A stretch of 64,000 nt of DNA. Source: the human T2T-CHM13v2.0 reference genome, Homo sapiens. The translations under genes were made by a program, and so were the position numbers. The notes beneath the pieces were generated by a model that ran no database searches, had not been told where the DNA came from, and saw only the letters and a list, made by a program, of their open reading frames with translations. Where the stretch lies: NCBI RefSeq assembly GCF_009914755.1, contig NC_060925.1; one strand, 5' to 3'. Positions within the stretch are counted from its first letter, which is position 1. Each line of letters begins with the position of its first letter. Positions 1-14,499 of the stretch are shown piece by piece.

Positions 1-52
1 TTACCCAGCCGCTATTCAAGATGGAGTCACCCTGTTTCAAACACCTCTGATA
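1..52 (-). mobile_element. 5' tip of a MER41-family LTR (ERV1), continuing off the left window edge
   Basis: Reverse complement reads TATCAGAGGTGTTTGAAACAGGGTGACTCCATCTTGAATAGCGGCTGGGTAA, matching the MER41 start as I recall it (TGTCAGAGGCGTTTGAACCAGAGCAACTCCATCTTGAATAGGGGCTGGGTAA); abuts a short Alu fragment at 53-80. Confidence 0.75.
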
Positions 53-137
53 GTCTTGCTCTGTCACCCAGGCTGGAGTGTTGTTGGTTCACTGGAACAC
101 GAGTATTTATGTTTTATTTCTTAAGCTTAGTGATGTG

Positions 138-570
138 TGTCAGACCTCTGAGCCCAAGCAAAGCCATCATATCCCCTGTGACCTGCATGTATACATCCAG
201 ATGGCCTGAAGCAAGTGAAGAATCACAAAAGAAGTGAAAAGGGCCGGTTCCTGCCTTAACTGATGACATTCCACCATTGTGATTTGTTCCTGCCCCACCT
301 TAACTGAGCGATTAACCTGTGAACTTCCTTCTCCTGGCTCAGAAGCTTCCCCACTGAGCACCTTGTGACCCCCGCCCCTGCCTGCCATAGAACAACCCCC
401 TTTGATTGTAATTTTCCTTTACCTACCCAAATCCTATAAAACGGCCCCACCCCTATCTCCCTTCGCTGACACTCTCTTTGGACTCAGCCTGCCTGCACCT
501 AGGTGATTAAAAAGCTTTATTGCTCACGCAAAGCCTGTTTGGTGGTCTCTTCAGACGGACATGCATGACA
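138..570 (+). repeat. HERV-H 5' LTR (LTR7 family)
   Basis: Starts TGTCAGACCTCTGAGCCCAAG, ends CATGACA; TATAAA at 435-440; ATTAAA at 506-511; direct repeat of 6101-6533. Confidence 0.97.
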
Positions 571-572
571 TT

Positions 573-590
573 TGGTGCCGTGACTCAGAT
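573..590 (+). promoter_or_regulatory. Primer-binding site complementary to tRNA-His 3' end
   Basis: TGGTGCCGTGACTCAGAT, 17/18 to TGGTGCCGTGACTCGGAT, 2 nt after the 5' LTR. Confidence 0.95.
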
Positions 591-714
591 CAGGGGACCT
601 CCCTTGGGAGATCAATCCGCTGTCCTCCTGCTCTTTGCTCTATGAGAAAGATCCACCTACGACCTCTGGTACTCAGACCAACCAGCCCAAAGAACATCTC
701 ACCAATTTTAAATT

Positions 715-722
715 GGGTAAGC
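715..722 (+). promoter_or_regulatory. HERV-H leader major splice donor
   Basis: GG|GTAAGC with GT at 717-718, about 150 nt downstream of the 5' LTR, where HERV-H carries its conserved donor. Confidence 0.75.
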
Positions 723-1111
723 GGCCTCTTTTTACTTTCTTCTCCAACCTCTCTCACTATCCCTAAACCTCTTTCTCCTTTAAATCTTGGCACCATCCTT
801 CAATCTCTCTCTTCTCTTAATTTCAGTTCCTTTCCTTTTCTGGTAGAGACAGAGGAGATGCGTTTTATCCATGAACCCAAAACTCCAGCGCCGGTCACAG
901 ACTCGGGAAGACAGTCTTCCCTTGGTGTTTAATTACTGTGGGGATGCCTGCTTGATTATTCACCCACATTTCAGAGGTCTCTGATCACTGGGGACACCTG
1001 CCTTGATCCTTCACCCTTAGTGGCAAGCACACTTTCCTGGGGGGCAAGCACCCCCCATCCCTTCTCTCCGTGTCTCTACCCTCTCTTTTCTCTGGGCTTG
1101 CCTCCTTCACT

Positions 1112-2390
1112 ATGGGCAACCTTCCACCCTCCAGTCTTCCTTCTTCTCCCTTAGCCTGTGTTCTCAAGAACTTAAAACCTCTTCAACTCACACTTGATCT
1201 AAAACCGAAATGTCTTATTTTCTTCTGCAATACCACTTGACCCCAATACAAACTCGACAATGGTTCCAAATAGCCAGAAAACAGCACTTTCAATTTTTCC
1301 ATCCTACAAGATCTAGATAATTCTTGTCATAAAATGGGCAAATGGTCTGAGGTGCCTGATGTCCAGGCATTCTTTTACACATCAGTCCCTCCCTAGTCTC
1401 TGTTCCCAATGCGACTCATCCGAAATCCTTCTTTCCCTCCTGCCTGTCCCCTCAGTCCCAACCCCAAGTGTCACTGAGTCTTTTCAATCTTCCTTTTCTA
1501 CCGACCCATCTGACCTCTCCCCTCCTCCCCAGACTGCTCTTCCTCAGGTCACTCCCCGCCACGCTGAATCAGGCTCTGATTCTTCCTCAGCCTCTGCTCC
1601 CCCACCCTATAATCCTTCTATCACCTCCCCTCCTCACACCAGGTCCAGCTTACAGTTTCATTCTGTGACTAGCCCTCCCCCACCTGCCCAGCAATTTCCT
1701 CTTAAAGAGGTGGCTGGAGCTAAAGGCATAGTCAAGGTTAGTGCTCCTTTTTCTTTATCCGACCTCTCCCAAATCAGTTAGCATTTAGGCTCTTTTTCAT
1801 CAAATATAAAAACCCAGCCTGGTTCATGGCTTGTTTTGCAGCAACCCTGAGAAGCTTTACAACCCTAGACCCTGAAAGGTCAGAAGGCCGTCTTATTCTC
1901 AATATGCACTTTATTACTCAATCTGCTCCCAACATTAAATAAAGCTCCAAAAATTAGATTCTGGCCCTCAAACCCCACAACATGACTTAATTAATCTCAC
2001 CTTGATGGTGTACAATAATAGAGTAGAGGGAGCCAAGTAGCAACATATTTCTGAACAATTCCTTGCCTCCACTGTGAGAGAAATCCCAGCCACATCTCCA
2101 GCACACAAGAACTTCAAAATGCCTAAGCCGCAGTGGTCAAGTATTCCTACAGGCTCTCCTCCATCAGAATCTAGCTTCAAGTGCCAGTAATCTGGCCACT
2201 GGGCCAAGCAATGCCCACAGCCCGGGTTTCCTCCTAAGCCATGTCCCATCTGTGTGGGACCCCATTGGAAATTGGACTGTCCAACTCCCCTGGCAGCCAC
2301 TCCCAGAGCCCCTGGAACCCTGGCCCAAGGCTCTCTGACTGACTCCTTCCCAGATCTTCTTGGCTTAGCAGCTGAAACTGATGCTGCCCA
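1112..2390 (+). pseudogene. gag: HERV-H gag remnant
   Basis: MGNLPPS start at 1112; PPPY late motif in ORF 1359-1781; two Zn-knuckle relics [12 protein letters not shown] (about 2176-2214) and [13 protein letters not shown] (2242-2280); multiple stops and frameshifts. Confidence 0.85.
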
Positions 2391-2424
2391 ATCACCTCGG
2401 AAGCCTCCTGGACCATCACAGATG

Positions 2425-2780
2425 CTTTTGGTAACTCTTACAGTGGAGGGTAAGTCCGTCCCCTTCTTAATCAGTACGGAGGCTACCCACTCCACATTAC
2501 CTTCTCTTGAAGAGCCTGTTTCCCTTGCCTCCATAACTGTTGTGGGTATTGATGGCCAGGCTTCTAAACCTCTTAAAACTTCCCAACTCTGATGCCAACT
2601 TGGACAACATTCTTTCATGCACTCCTTTTTAGTTATCCCCACCTGCCCAGCTCCCTTATTAGGTCTAGACATTTTGATTAAATTATCTGCTTCCCTGACT
2701 ATTCCTGGGCTACAGCCACACCTCATTGCCACCCTTTTCCCCAGTTCAAAGCCTCCTTCACATCCTTCCCTTGTATCCCC
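2425..2780 (+). pseudogene. pro: HERV-H protease remnant
   Basis: [23 protein letters not shown] (catalytic DTG replaced by STE), VVGIDG flap, CPAPLLGLDIL; stop at 2590-2592. Confidence 0.85.
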
Positions 2781-5150
2781 CCACTTTAATCCACATGTAT
2801 GGGAAACCTCTACTCCCTCCTTGGTGACCGATCATGCACCCCTTACCATCCCATTAAAACCTAATCACCCTTACCCTGCTGAACACCAATATCCCATCCC
2901 ACAGCACACTTTAAAAGGATTAAAGCCCGTTATCACTCACCTGTTACAGCATGGCCTTTTAAAGCCTATAAACTCTCCTTACAATTCCCCCATTTTACCT
3001 GTCCAAAAACTGGACAAGTCTTACAAGTTAGTTCAGGATCTGTGCCTTACCAACCAAATTGTTTTGCCTATCCACCCCATGGTGCCAAACCCATATACTC
3101 TCCTATTCTCAATACCTCCCTCCACAACCCCTCTACAACCCATAATTCTGTTCTGGATCTCAAACATGCTTTCTTTACTATTCCTTTGCACCCTTCATCC
3201 CAGCCTCTGTTTGCTTTCACTTGGACTGACCCTGACACCCATCAGCCTCAGCAACTTACCTGGGCTGTACTGCCACAGGGCTTCACGGACAGCCCCCATT
3301 ACTTCAGTCGAGCCCAAATTTCTTCCTCATCCATCCATTACCTATCTTGGCATAATTCTTCATGAAAACACAAATGTTCTCCCTGCCAATCGTGTCCAGC
3401 TGATCTCTCAAGCCCCAACCCTTTTTACAAAACAACAACTCCTTTCCTTCCTGGGCATGGTTGTATACTTTTGCCTTTGGATACCTGGTTTTACCATCCT
3501 AACAAAGCCATTATACAAACTCACACACACAAAAAACCTAGCTGACCCCATAAATTGTAAATCCTTTCCCCACTCCCCTTTCCATTCCTTAAAAAACAGC
3601 CCTAAAAGCAGCTCCCGCACTAGCTCTCCCTAACTCATCCCAACCCTTTTTTCATTACACACAGCTGAAGTGCAGGGCTGTGTGGTCGGAATTCTTACAC
3701 AAGAGCCAGGACCGCACCCTGTAGCCTTTCTATCCAAACAGCTTGACCTTACTGCTTTAGGCTGGCCCCCACATTATTCTGGATACCACACCTGACCCCC
3801 ATGACTGTATCTCTCTAATCCACCTGACATTCACTCCATTTCTCCATATTTTCTTCTATCCTGTTCCTCACCCTGATCACACTTGGTTTATCGACGGCGG
3901 TTCCATCAGGCCTAATAGCCACTCACCAGCAAGGCAGGCTATGCTATAGTATCTTCCACATCTATCATTGAGGCTACTGCTCTGCTGCCCTCCACTACCT
4001 CTCAGCAAGCTGAACTCATTGCCTTAACTGGGGCCCTCACTCTTGCAAAGAGACTACGCATCAATATTTATACTGACTCTAAATATGCCTTCTATATCCT
4101 GCACCACCATCCTGTTATATGGGCAAAAAGAGGTTTCCTCACTACACAAGGGTCCTCCATAATTAATGCCTCTTTAATAAAAACTCTTCTCAAGGCTGCT
4201 TTACTTCCAAAGGAAGCTGGAGTCTTTCATAGCAAGGGCTATCAAAAGACGTCAGATCCCATCACTCAGGGCAACGCTTGTACTGATAAGGTAACTAAAG
4301 AAGCAGCTAGCATTCCAACTTCTGTTGTCATGGCCAGTTTTTCTCCTTCTCATCAGTCACTCCCACCAACTTTCCCACTGAAACTTCCACCTATCAATCT
4401 CTTCCCACACAATGCAAATGGTTCTTGAACCAAGGAAAATATCTCCTTCCAGCCTCACAGGCCCATTCTATTCTGTCGTCATTTCATAACCTCTTCCATG
4501 TAGGTTACAAGGCACTAGCCCATCTCTTAAAACCTCTCATTTCCTTTCCATCGTAAAAATCTATCCTCAAAAAATCACTTCTCAGTGTTCCATCTGCTAT
4601 TCTACTACTCCTCAGGGATTTCTCAGGCCCCCTCCCTTCCCTACATAACAGGCTCAGGGATTTGCCCCCGCCCAGGACTGGCAAATTGACTTTACTCACA
4701 TGCCTCAAGTCAGGTAACTAAAATACCTCTTGGTCTGGGTAGACACTTTCACTTATTGGGTGGAGGCCTTTCCCACAGGGTCTGAGAAGGCCACCATGGT
4801 CATTTCTTCCCTTCTGTCAGACATAATTCCTCAGTTTGGCCCTCCCACCTCTATACAGTCCGATAATGGACTGGCAATCGTATTCCGTGGAACCTTCATA
4901 CCCCTTAACTATCCTTAATCTTCAGGAAAGGTAGAACAGACTAATGGTTTTTTAAAAACAGACCTTACCAAGCTCAGCCTCCAACTTAAAAAGGACTGGA
5001 CAATACTTTTACCACTTGCCCTTCTCAGAATTTGGGCTTGTCCTCGGGATGCTATAGGGTACAGCACATTTGAGCTCCTTATTGGATGCTCCTTTTTATT
5101 AGGCCCCAGTTTCATTCCAGATACCAGCCCAACTTGGACTGTGCCCCAAA
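2781..5150 (+). pseudogene. pol: HERV-H pol remnant (RT, RNase H, integrase)
   Basis: SPYNSPILPVQK, LVQDL, VLDLKHAFF, LPQGFTDSP (no YxDD follows; deleted), RNase H WFIDG and TDSKYA, integrase WQIDFTHM, WVEAFPT, IQSDNG; many frameshifts and stops. Confidence 0.92.
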
Positions 5151-5371
5151 AACTTGTCATCCGCACTATCTTCTGTCTAGTCATACTCCTATTCACCGTT
5201 CTCAACTACTTGTAAATACCCTACCTTTGTTTACACTGCCGGTTTACACTTTTCCTTCAAACCATCATAACTGATATCTCCTGGTTTTAACTCAAACCAC
5301 CACCCTTAAGTCTCTCTTAAAGTGGATAGATAATCTTTGCTCACAAGGTACACTCCAATACTTTCACCCTG

Positions 5372-5939
5372 ATGAAGTCCTATTTTTTACTTTTATACTC
5401 ACTCTTATTCTCGTTCCAGTTCTTATGCCACCCTCTACCTCTCCCCAACTATCTCCACCATGCTATCAATCTCACTCACTTTCTCCTAGCCATTTCTAAT
5501 CCTCCTTTAACAAACAATTGCTGGCTTTGCATTTCTCTTTCCTCCAAAATCGCCGAGGCCTCTACTTACTCACTGCTTTAAAAAAAGGGGACTCTGTATA
5601 TTTTTAAATCAGAAGTGTTGTTTTTACCTAAATCAATCTGGCCTGGTATATGACAACATAAAAAAACTCAAGAATAGAGCCAAAAAGCTTGCCAACCAAG
5701 CAAGTAATTATGCTGAACCCCCTTGGGTAACCTCTAATTAGATGTCCTGGGTCCTCCCAATTCTTAGTCCTTTAATACCTGTTTTTCTCCTTCTCTTATT
5801 CGGACCTTGTGTCTTCTGTTTAATCTCTCAACTCATCCAAAACCATATCCAGGCCATCACCAATCATTCTATACAACAAATGCTCCTTCTAACAACCCCA
5901 CAATATCACCCCTTACCACAAAATCTTCCTTCAGCTTAA
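5372..5939 (+). pseudogene. env: HERV-H env remnant with most of SU deleted
   Basis: Hydrophobic N-terminus MKSYFLLLYSLLF, CWLC motif, ISD-like LQNRRGLYLLTA at 5542-5577, CIFLNQKCC (CX6CC), TM WVLPILSPLIPVFLLLLFGPC; frameshifted. Confidence 0.9.
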
Positions 5940-6087
5940 TCTCTCCCACTCTAGGTTCCCACACCACCCCTAATCCTGCTCGAAGCAGCCCTGAGAAACA
6001 TCGCCCATTATCTCTCCATACCACGCCCAAAAATTTTTGCTTCCCCAACACTTCAATACTATTTCATGTTATTTTTCTTATTAATAT

Positions 6088-6100
6088 AAGAAGATAGGAA
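6088..6100 (+). other. Polypurine tract
   Basis: AAGAAGATAGGAA immediately before the 3' LTR TG. Confidence 0.85.
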
Positions 6101-6533
6101 TGTCAGGCCTCTGAGCCCAAGCTAAGCCATGATATCCCCTGTGACCTGCATGTATACATCCAGATGGCCTGAAGCAAATGAAAATCACAAAAGAAGTGAA
6201 AATGGCCGGTTTCTGCCTTAACTGATGACATTCCACCATTGTGGTTTTTTCCTGCCCCACCTTAACTGAGTGATTAACCTTGTGAAATTCCTTCTCCTGG
6301 CTCAGAAGCTCCCCCACTGAGCAACTTGTGACCCCCTCCCCTGCCTGCCAGAGAACAACTCCCTTTGACTGTAATTTTCCATTACCTACCCAAATCCTAT
6401 AAAACGGCCCCACCCCTATCTCCCTTCTCTGACTCTCTTTTTGGACTCAGCCTGCCTGCAGCCAGGAGAAATAAACAGCTTTATTGCTCAAACAAAGCCT
6501 GTTTGGTGGTCTCTTCACTGGATGCGCATGACA
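6101..6533 (+). repeat. HERV-H 3' LTR (LTR7 family)
   Basis: TGTCAGGCCTCTGAGCCCAAG...CATGACA; TATAAA 6398-6403; AATAAA 6470-6475. Confidence 0.97.
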
Positions 6534-6855
6534 ATGTATATGCAGATTTTTAATATTACTATGCATTTTGTGTCTGTGAAATATTTATAATAAATTTTTT
6601 AAGTCTTCAATAGAGCGCTAGGCAAACTCTAAAGAATCTAACATGGATTACAAATGCCTTCACAGTTTTGCTGACCTTGTTTATGTCTCTAATCTTGCCA
6701 CTTCCAGTTTGTACACTATAGTTTGGTTATTCACATTTATTCCTCAGAAGATCTCCAAGCCTGTGCCTGTACTCTGCTGTTTCTTTTCCTCTTCTCATTG
6801 AGTCTCACCTTAGTTGTCAATATCTTCTCTGGCACCTTGTTTGTGTCTAGGTTAA

Positions 6856-7198
<343 letters not shown>

Positions 7199-7229
7199 CA
7201 GAATATTCATTACTTTCACCGTCACTTAT

Positions 7230-7376
7230 CACTTATATATTGTAATTGCTGACTTTCTTCTCTGTATCTCCCATTACAATATAAGTGTCAAAAGCATGCA
7301 GACTGTGTCTTATTCACCCTAATATCCCTGGTCCTGGCTTAGTGTCTTGGACTAATGGACCTTCAATAAATATTTG
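7230..7376 (+). mobile_element. L2 3'-end relic
   Basis: GACTGTGTCTTATTCAC...TCAATAAATATTTG, typical L2 terminus. Confidence 0.55.
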
Positions 7377-8725
7377 CTCTGGGAATTCATTAATAATGGG
7401 ATGGTTTATTTCACATTCTTGAGGCAGCTATAATTTTCCTTTTAATGTGAAGCCATTTTATAATCAGTATTTAGATGAAATCATAAAGTCCTATCATCCC
7501 ATAGTGTGTAGATTAGAAATCACTACTTGGAATAAAGTTCTCTCCTGTCATTCGTATTGCAAAGTTTGGTTTCAACATCATCTGTCACCTAAACTACATC
7601 TTGATTTAGTTATTAGGATTAGCGCATCATTTAAGTGTTCATCACACTCTACTTTTGCAGCTTCCAAAATGGTATTATCTGGGTCATTTTGAGGCATGAT
7701 CAAGAGTAGAAAAATAAGTGAAGCGATCATACAGTTAATGAGGGCATCCTGTTGCTAAAATCAAAACCTAATGTGGATCCTTGACTTGTTATGAACATTT
7801 GGCTCAGGGAATGCAAAGGGCTATTATTTGGAGAATAGTGATTGACAGTCAAGAGACTTATATGGTGGCCCTTACTACAATGGACTTACCATTTTCCGTA
7901 AGCCGGTCCTTAGTGTAACAAGTACAGAAATCTAATTTTGTCAGCACATTAACAATGGGTCTATTTTCCAAGGATGGGCTCGAGATAGGCAAGAATAAAA
8001 GACTAATACATCAAAATTCCAATCTAAAATTAATGGTTGAGTGGACTAGAATCACTCATCAGCACATCCCTGTAGATAAACTGCATACAAAGTCAAATAA
8101 GCAGAAGGCTGCTTGGTGAACATGGGATACAGAATAAGGGGAGTCAGTTGTTTCATTATAATGTTTAGTGGCATTGCATTTTGAAAGCCTGATGTGTCCT
8201 GTTCCATGGGAATTAAATTTCTGTGACTCAGATGAAGACTCACAAAACCTGAGAAGCACCATCCCCCTCTTCACCAACCATACCTTGCCAGATGGCCAGT
8301 GACAACTTGGGCCTCTGTGACCCCTTTTTCTTTGCATTCCTGGATGAATAACATCCCATCCCCCAATCTTATATGCATCTGCTTGTCAGTTTTTTCTTTT
8401 TGTTATATTAGAATCTTCAGTGTGGTTATTGCTAAGTTGGTCCCAGCAAGCCATTATGTCTCTTTAGATGATTTTGCAGATCTCTATTCCAATTCACTGT
8501 GTGATCATTTCAAATTTTTAACTTTCAAATAACTTTGCTTATTTCTATGATTCTTATATTTTGAGGAAGCATTTCACTTCAGTGTCTGTACACTGAAAAC
8601 ACAAAAGCAGAATATTTTTAATGTTGCATCTTAGGGAATAGGAATTAGGAATATTACTAATGATGGGATCTACTCATTCGAATATTTATTAGACATTTTA
8701 AACTATTCTTCTGCATGGGCATTCA

Positions 8726-8741
8726 TACACACACACACACA
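8726..8741. repeat. Short (CA)n microsatellite
   Basis: TACACACACACACACA. Confidence 0.7.
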
Positions 8742-8952
8742 TAGATGCACACAATATAGGGCAATTATTCTTAGTTCTTAAAGCTTTTCTAATTAGCTCT
8801 TAACCACAGATAACACAAGAGGAGGGGGAAGGAGAGCAGGAAGAAAAGGGGAAGGAAAAGAAGAAGGAACTTAATCATCCAGATTTATATTAAACAAAAT
8901 ATATTGCAACGTGTGTATAGCTTCAGTTTGACGAATCAGCCCCATCCAGCTG

Positions 8953-10051
<1,099 letters not shown>

Positions 10052-10054
10052 TGA

Positions 10055-10862
<808 letters not shown>

Positions 10863-11102
10863 TAGATTGAAAAGACATAAAATTACTCTGTTAAATTTCT
10901 ATAAAAGTTTCTTAATACTTATTCTTAACTTCTGATCAGTAACAAATAGTTCTTTGACGGGTACTGATGTCCAAACTACATTTTGAGTAGCACTATCCTG
11001 TAAAATCGGGATTATTATTTCTATTTTTTGTTGAAAACAACAACAACAACAACAACAGAGGCTTGCATAAGTAAAGTAGCTTACTTGCATTTGTTGTTTT
11101 CC

Positions 11103-11405
<303 letters not shown>

Positions 11406-11539
11406 CAGCTTACTTGCATTTATTCAGATAATTAATGGCAAAGACCAAATTTGTACCCAGGATTGATTCCAGGTTCTGAAGTTTTAAATAAGCATGTTAT
11501 AATAATTCTGTTCTACAATGGTTCGACAAGAATTCTAAA

Positions 11540-11741
11540 CTTGTGCTGCCCACTAACTGCTAGCCACACATGGCTTTTTAAATTTAAATTGATTTAAATC
11601 ATATAAAACTAATTTTATTTCTTCAGTTGCACTAGTGACATTTCAATTACTGAAAAGCATGGATGTCTAGTGGCTACCATATTGGATAGTACAGATAGCA
11701 AGCATTTGCATCCTCACAGAACGTTCTATAGGACTGTCCTG
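11540..11741 (-). mobile_element. MER3/MER33-like hAT-Charlie MITE
   Basis: CTAGCCACACATGGCT...CTAGTGGCTACCATATTGGATAGTACAG...GTTCTATAGGAC; TCTA-type flanks. Confidence 0.7.
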
Positions 11742-12084
11742 CTCTAGAATATCAATAATTTATCTTAGAGATCATTTGTTTAACTTATAAGTTTGTATTA
11801 GATACTTTTGGGTTGCCTGGTTGGCACACAACAACACTCCCTCCCTCTTCATGAAATTTCCCTTTCATCCCTAAACAATAAAACAAGGCAGGTTTTATCT
11901 TCTATGACTCTCTGACCCATCTCATCAGTCATGGCTGATTGAACCAGCTAAAGCCAAGCCAGATACATGTGTCTTTTATCTTTAGGAGAAAATGTATAGA
12001 GATTTTTAAGTAATTTACTTTGGTGAAAAAGTAATAATAATTTACTAATTTGCTAATTAGCTAATCCCAATTATGTTTGGTTTC

Positions 12085-12396
12085 TTTTGTTTGTTTATTT
12101 TGTTTTGTTTTTTTGAGACACAGTTTCACCCTGTCACCCAGGCTGGAGTGCAGTGACAGATCTTGGCTCACTGCAACCTCTGTCTCCTGGATTCAAGCGA
12201 TTCTCATGCCTCAGCCTCCCCAGTAGCTGGGATTGCAGGTGCACATCATCACGCCTGGGTAATTTTTTGTATTTTTGGTAGAGGCAGGGTTTTGCTGTGT
12301 TGGCCAGGCTGGTCTCAAATTGCAGACCTCAAGTGATTGACCCACCTCAGCCTCCCGAAGTGCTGGGATTACAGGTGTGAGCCACTATACCCGGCC
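12085..12396 (-). mobile_element. Alu
   Basis: Full reverse Alu; CCCAATTATGT TSD. Confidence 0.93.
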
Positions 12397-13011
12397 CCAA
12401 TTATGTCTTAAGAGGAAAAAAAAAATAAAGGCCTACAAAGGGAAATTGGACCTAGGGTCTCAAAGAATACTCGGTCTCAGGTGAAACAACTATAGTCAAA
12501 AGATGAGGCTGCATTGTAATAACATGGGGGCATGTAGCACTCTGTGGATGAGATGAAGGAGGGGTAGTTACCAATGAAGAGGAACTAGTCATGGGCTTTG
12601 TACGTGTACTTATAGCCAACAATGAGTGTGTACTTACTACCTACTAAACTTTAAAAAAAAAAAAGATTCCATAGAGGGTGACTGATTCTAAGTCTTAGGG
12701 TAGAAAAAAAAAATGGAAATTTATTTATCTATCTATTCATCTGTCTATTAATAGTATTACTAAAAAGCAAGGATAATTTCCAAAATTTTAGTGACAATGT
12801 TTAAAGGACAAAGGAGACATCTTAAAGCAGTTCCCACCCACCACATTTGAGTATCAAAATTATTATTATTATTCTTAATTGGAACAAATTGCATATATAA
12901 AGCTCATAAATTAATAATTATACTGGAAAAATGAAGATTAGTATAATATGTGCAAAAGTTAGTTTTAATATAAAAGTGTGAATATAATAGGAGATATTCA
13001 ATTTTTACTGA

Positions 13012-13276
13012 TTTTTTTTTGAGACGGAGTCTCATTCTGTCACCCAGGCTGGAGTGCAGTGGCACGATTTCAGGTTCAAGTGATTCTCCTGCCTCAGCCT
13101 CCTGAGTAGCTGGGATTACAGGCATGCACCACCAAACCCAGCTAATTTTTGTATTTTTAGTAGAGACGGGGTTTTGCCATGTTGGTCAGGCTGGTCTCGA
13201 ACTCCTGACATAGTGATGCGCCCACCTCGGCCTCACAAAGTGTTGGGATTTCAGGCATGAGCCACCGCACCGGGCC
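13012..13276 (-). mobile_element. Alu with small internal deletion
   Basis: Reverse Alu lacking the CTCACTGCAACCTC segment; AATTTTTACTGAT TSD. Confidence 0.9.
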
Positions 13277-13879
13277 AATTTTTACTGATATTAATTTAAA
13301 AAGGAAACATTAATATATAGGTGTTCTAGAACATGTGGAAAAGATGATAAAAAGAAAAAAACACATATTTTAAGTATGCATCTGTTTATAAAATATAGGT
13401 GTTTACTTTTTTCTAGCTGTATAAACAAGATATAACTACATAGAGAACTCTAACTGACCCAAATGCTTCCTGAAAAAGTAGATACTATGTTGGAATCAAA
13501 TAGACTGATCAGCCCCATTGGTAATATATGATAACCAAGCAGAAAGTAGATTTAGCAAGTGATTAGTACTAGTGGTCATAATAACTACTTTGAAGGGGAT
13601 TCATATAATATTCCAAAATATTATATAACCAGCTGTCCCAAATATAAGAATTAACTGAAAGGTCGATCTTCTGGTAGATAAAAACCTTTAAAAGACCTTT
13701 AGATGGCCCTATTTACTGAATTATAAGTGAGATTCTGATATGGCCTATAAAGTTTCCAGTATTTGTTTCAAACCAGATCCAGTATATTACAATGACATCA
13801 CCTTACAGAGCAGAGTGGGTCAGTGATTGTATGAATAGGGAATTGTCATTCACAACCAGTTGGGTTGTGCTCAGACTAA

Positions 13880-14040
13880 CTTCTTTAGGCAAGTTATTTG
13901 ACTTTTCTGTATCTCAGTTTCCTTACCTATAAAGGAATTATAGTAGTTTCCATTTCATATGGTTATTATGAGGATTAAACAAGTGAATACATATGAAGCA
14001 CTTACAATAATGCTTTGTACATAGTATGTGTTAAATATTG
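13880..14040 (+). mobile_element. MIR
   Basis: GGCAAGTTATTTGAC...CTCAGTTTCCTTACCTATAAA core. Confidence 0.7.
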
Positions 14041-14190
14041 TGATTTCTGGGAAAGACCCAGACATTTTACTGAAAACACTGAAATCTGTATAACCGTGTG
14101 CATTTACAGCTTCATTGAGAAGACTCATGAAGCTTTATTTTAAAAAGTACACTACTTAAATTACTCACAGCTCAAAAAAACTAAGCAAAT

Positions 14191-14499
<309 letters not shown>

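Larger units (their letters stand above)
138..6533 (+). mobile_element. HERV-H provirus, two LTRs, internally deleted and non-coding (about 6.4 kb)
   Basis: Paired 433-bp TG...CA LTRs, tRNA-His PBS, gag/pro/pol/env remnants, PPT, flanking 5-mers ATGTG (133-137) and ATGTA (6534-6538) as TSD with one mismatch. Confidence 0.97.

Noticed and set aside
1968-2732. 254-aa antisense ORF in the provirus
   Set aside because: No recognisable motif; the antisense strand of C-rich HERV-H sequence is depleted of stops
2617-3633. 338-aa ORF, the longest in the window
   Set aside because: Chance-open stretch of decayed pro/pol: it drifts out of the RT frame near 3140 and lacks YxDD, so it is not a credible protein
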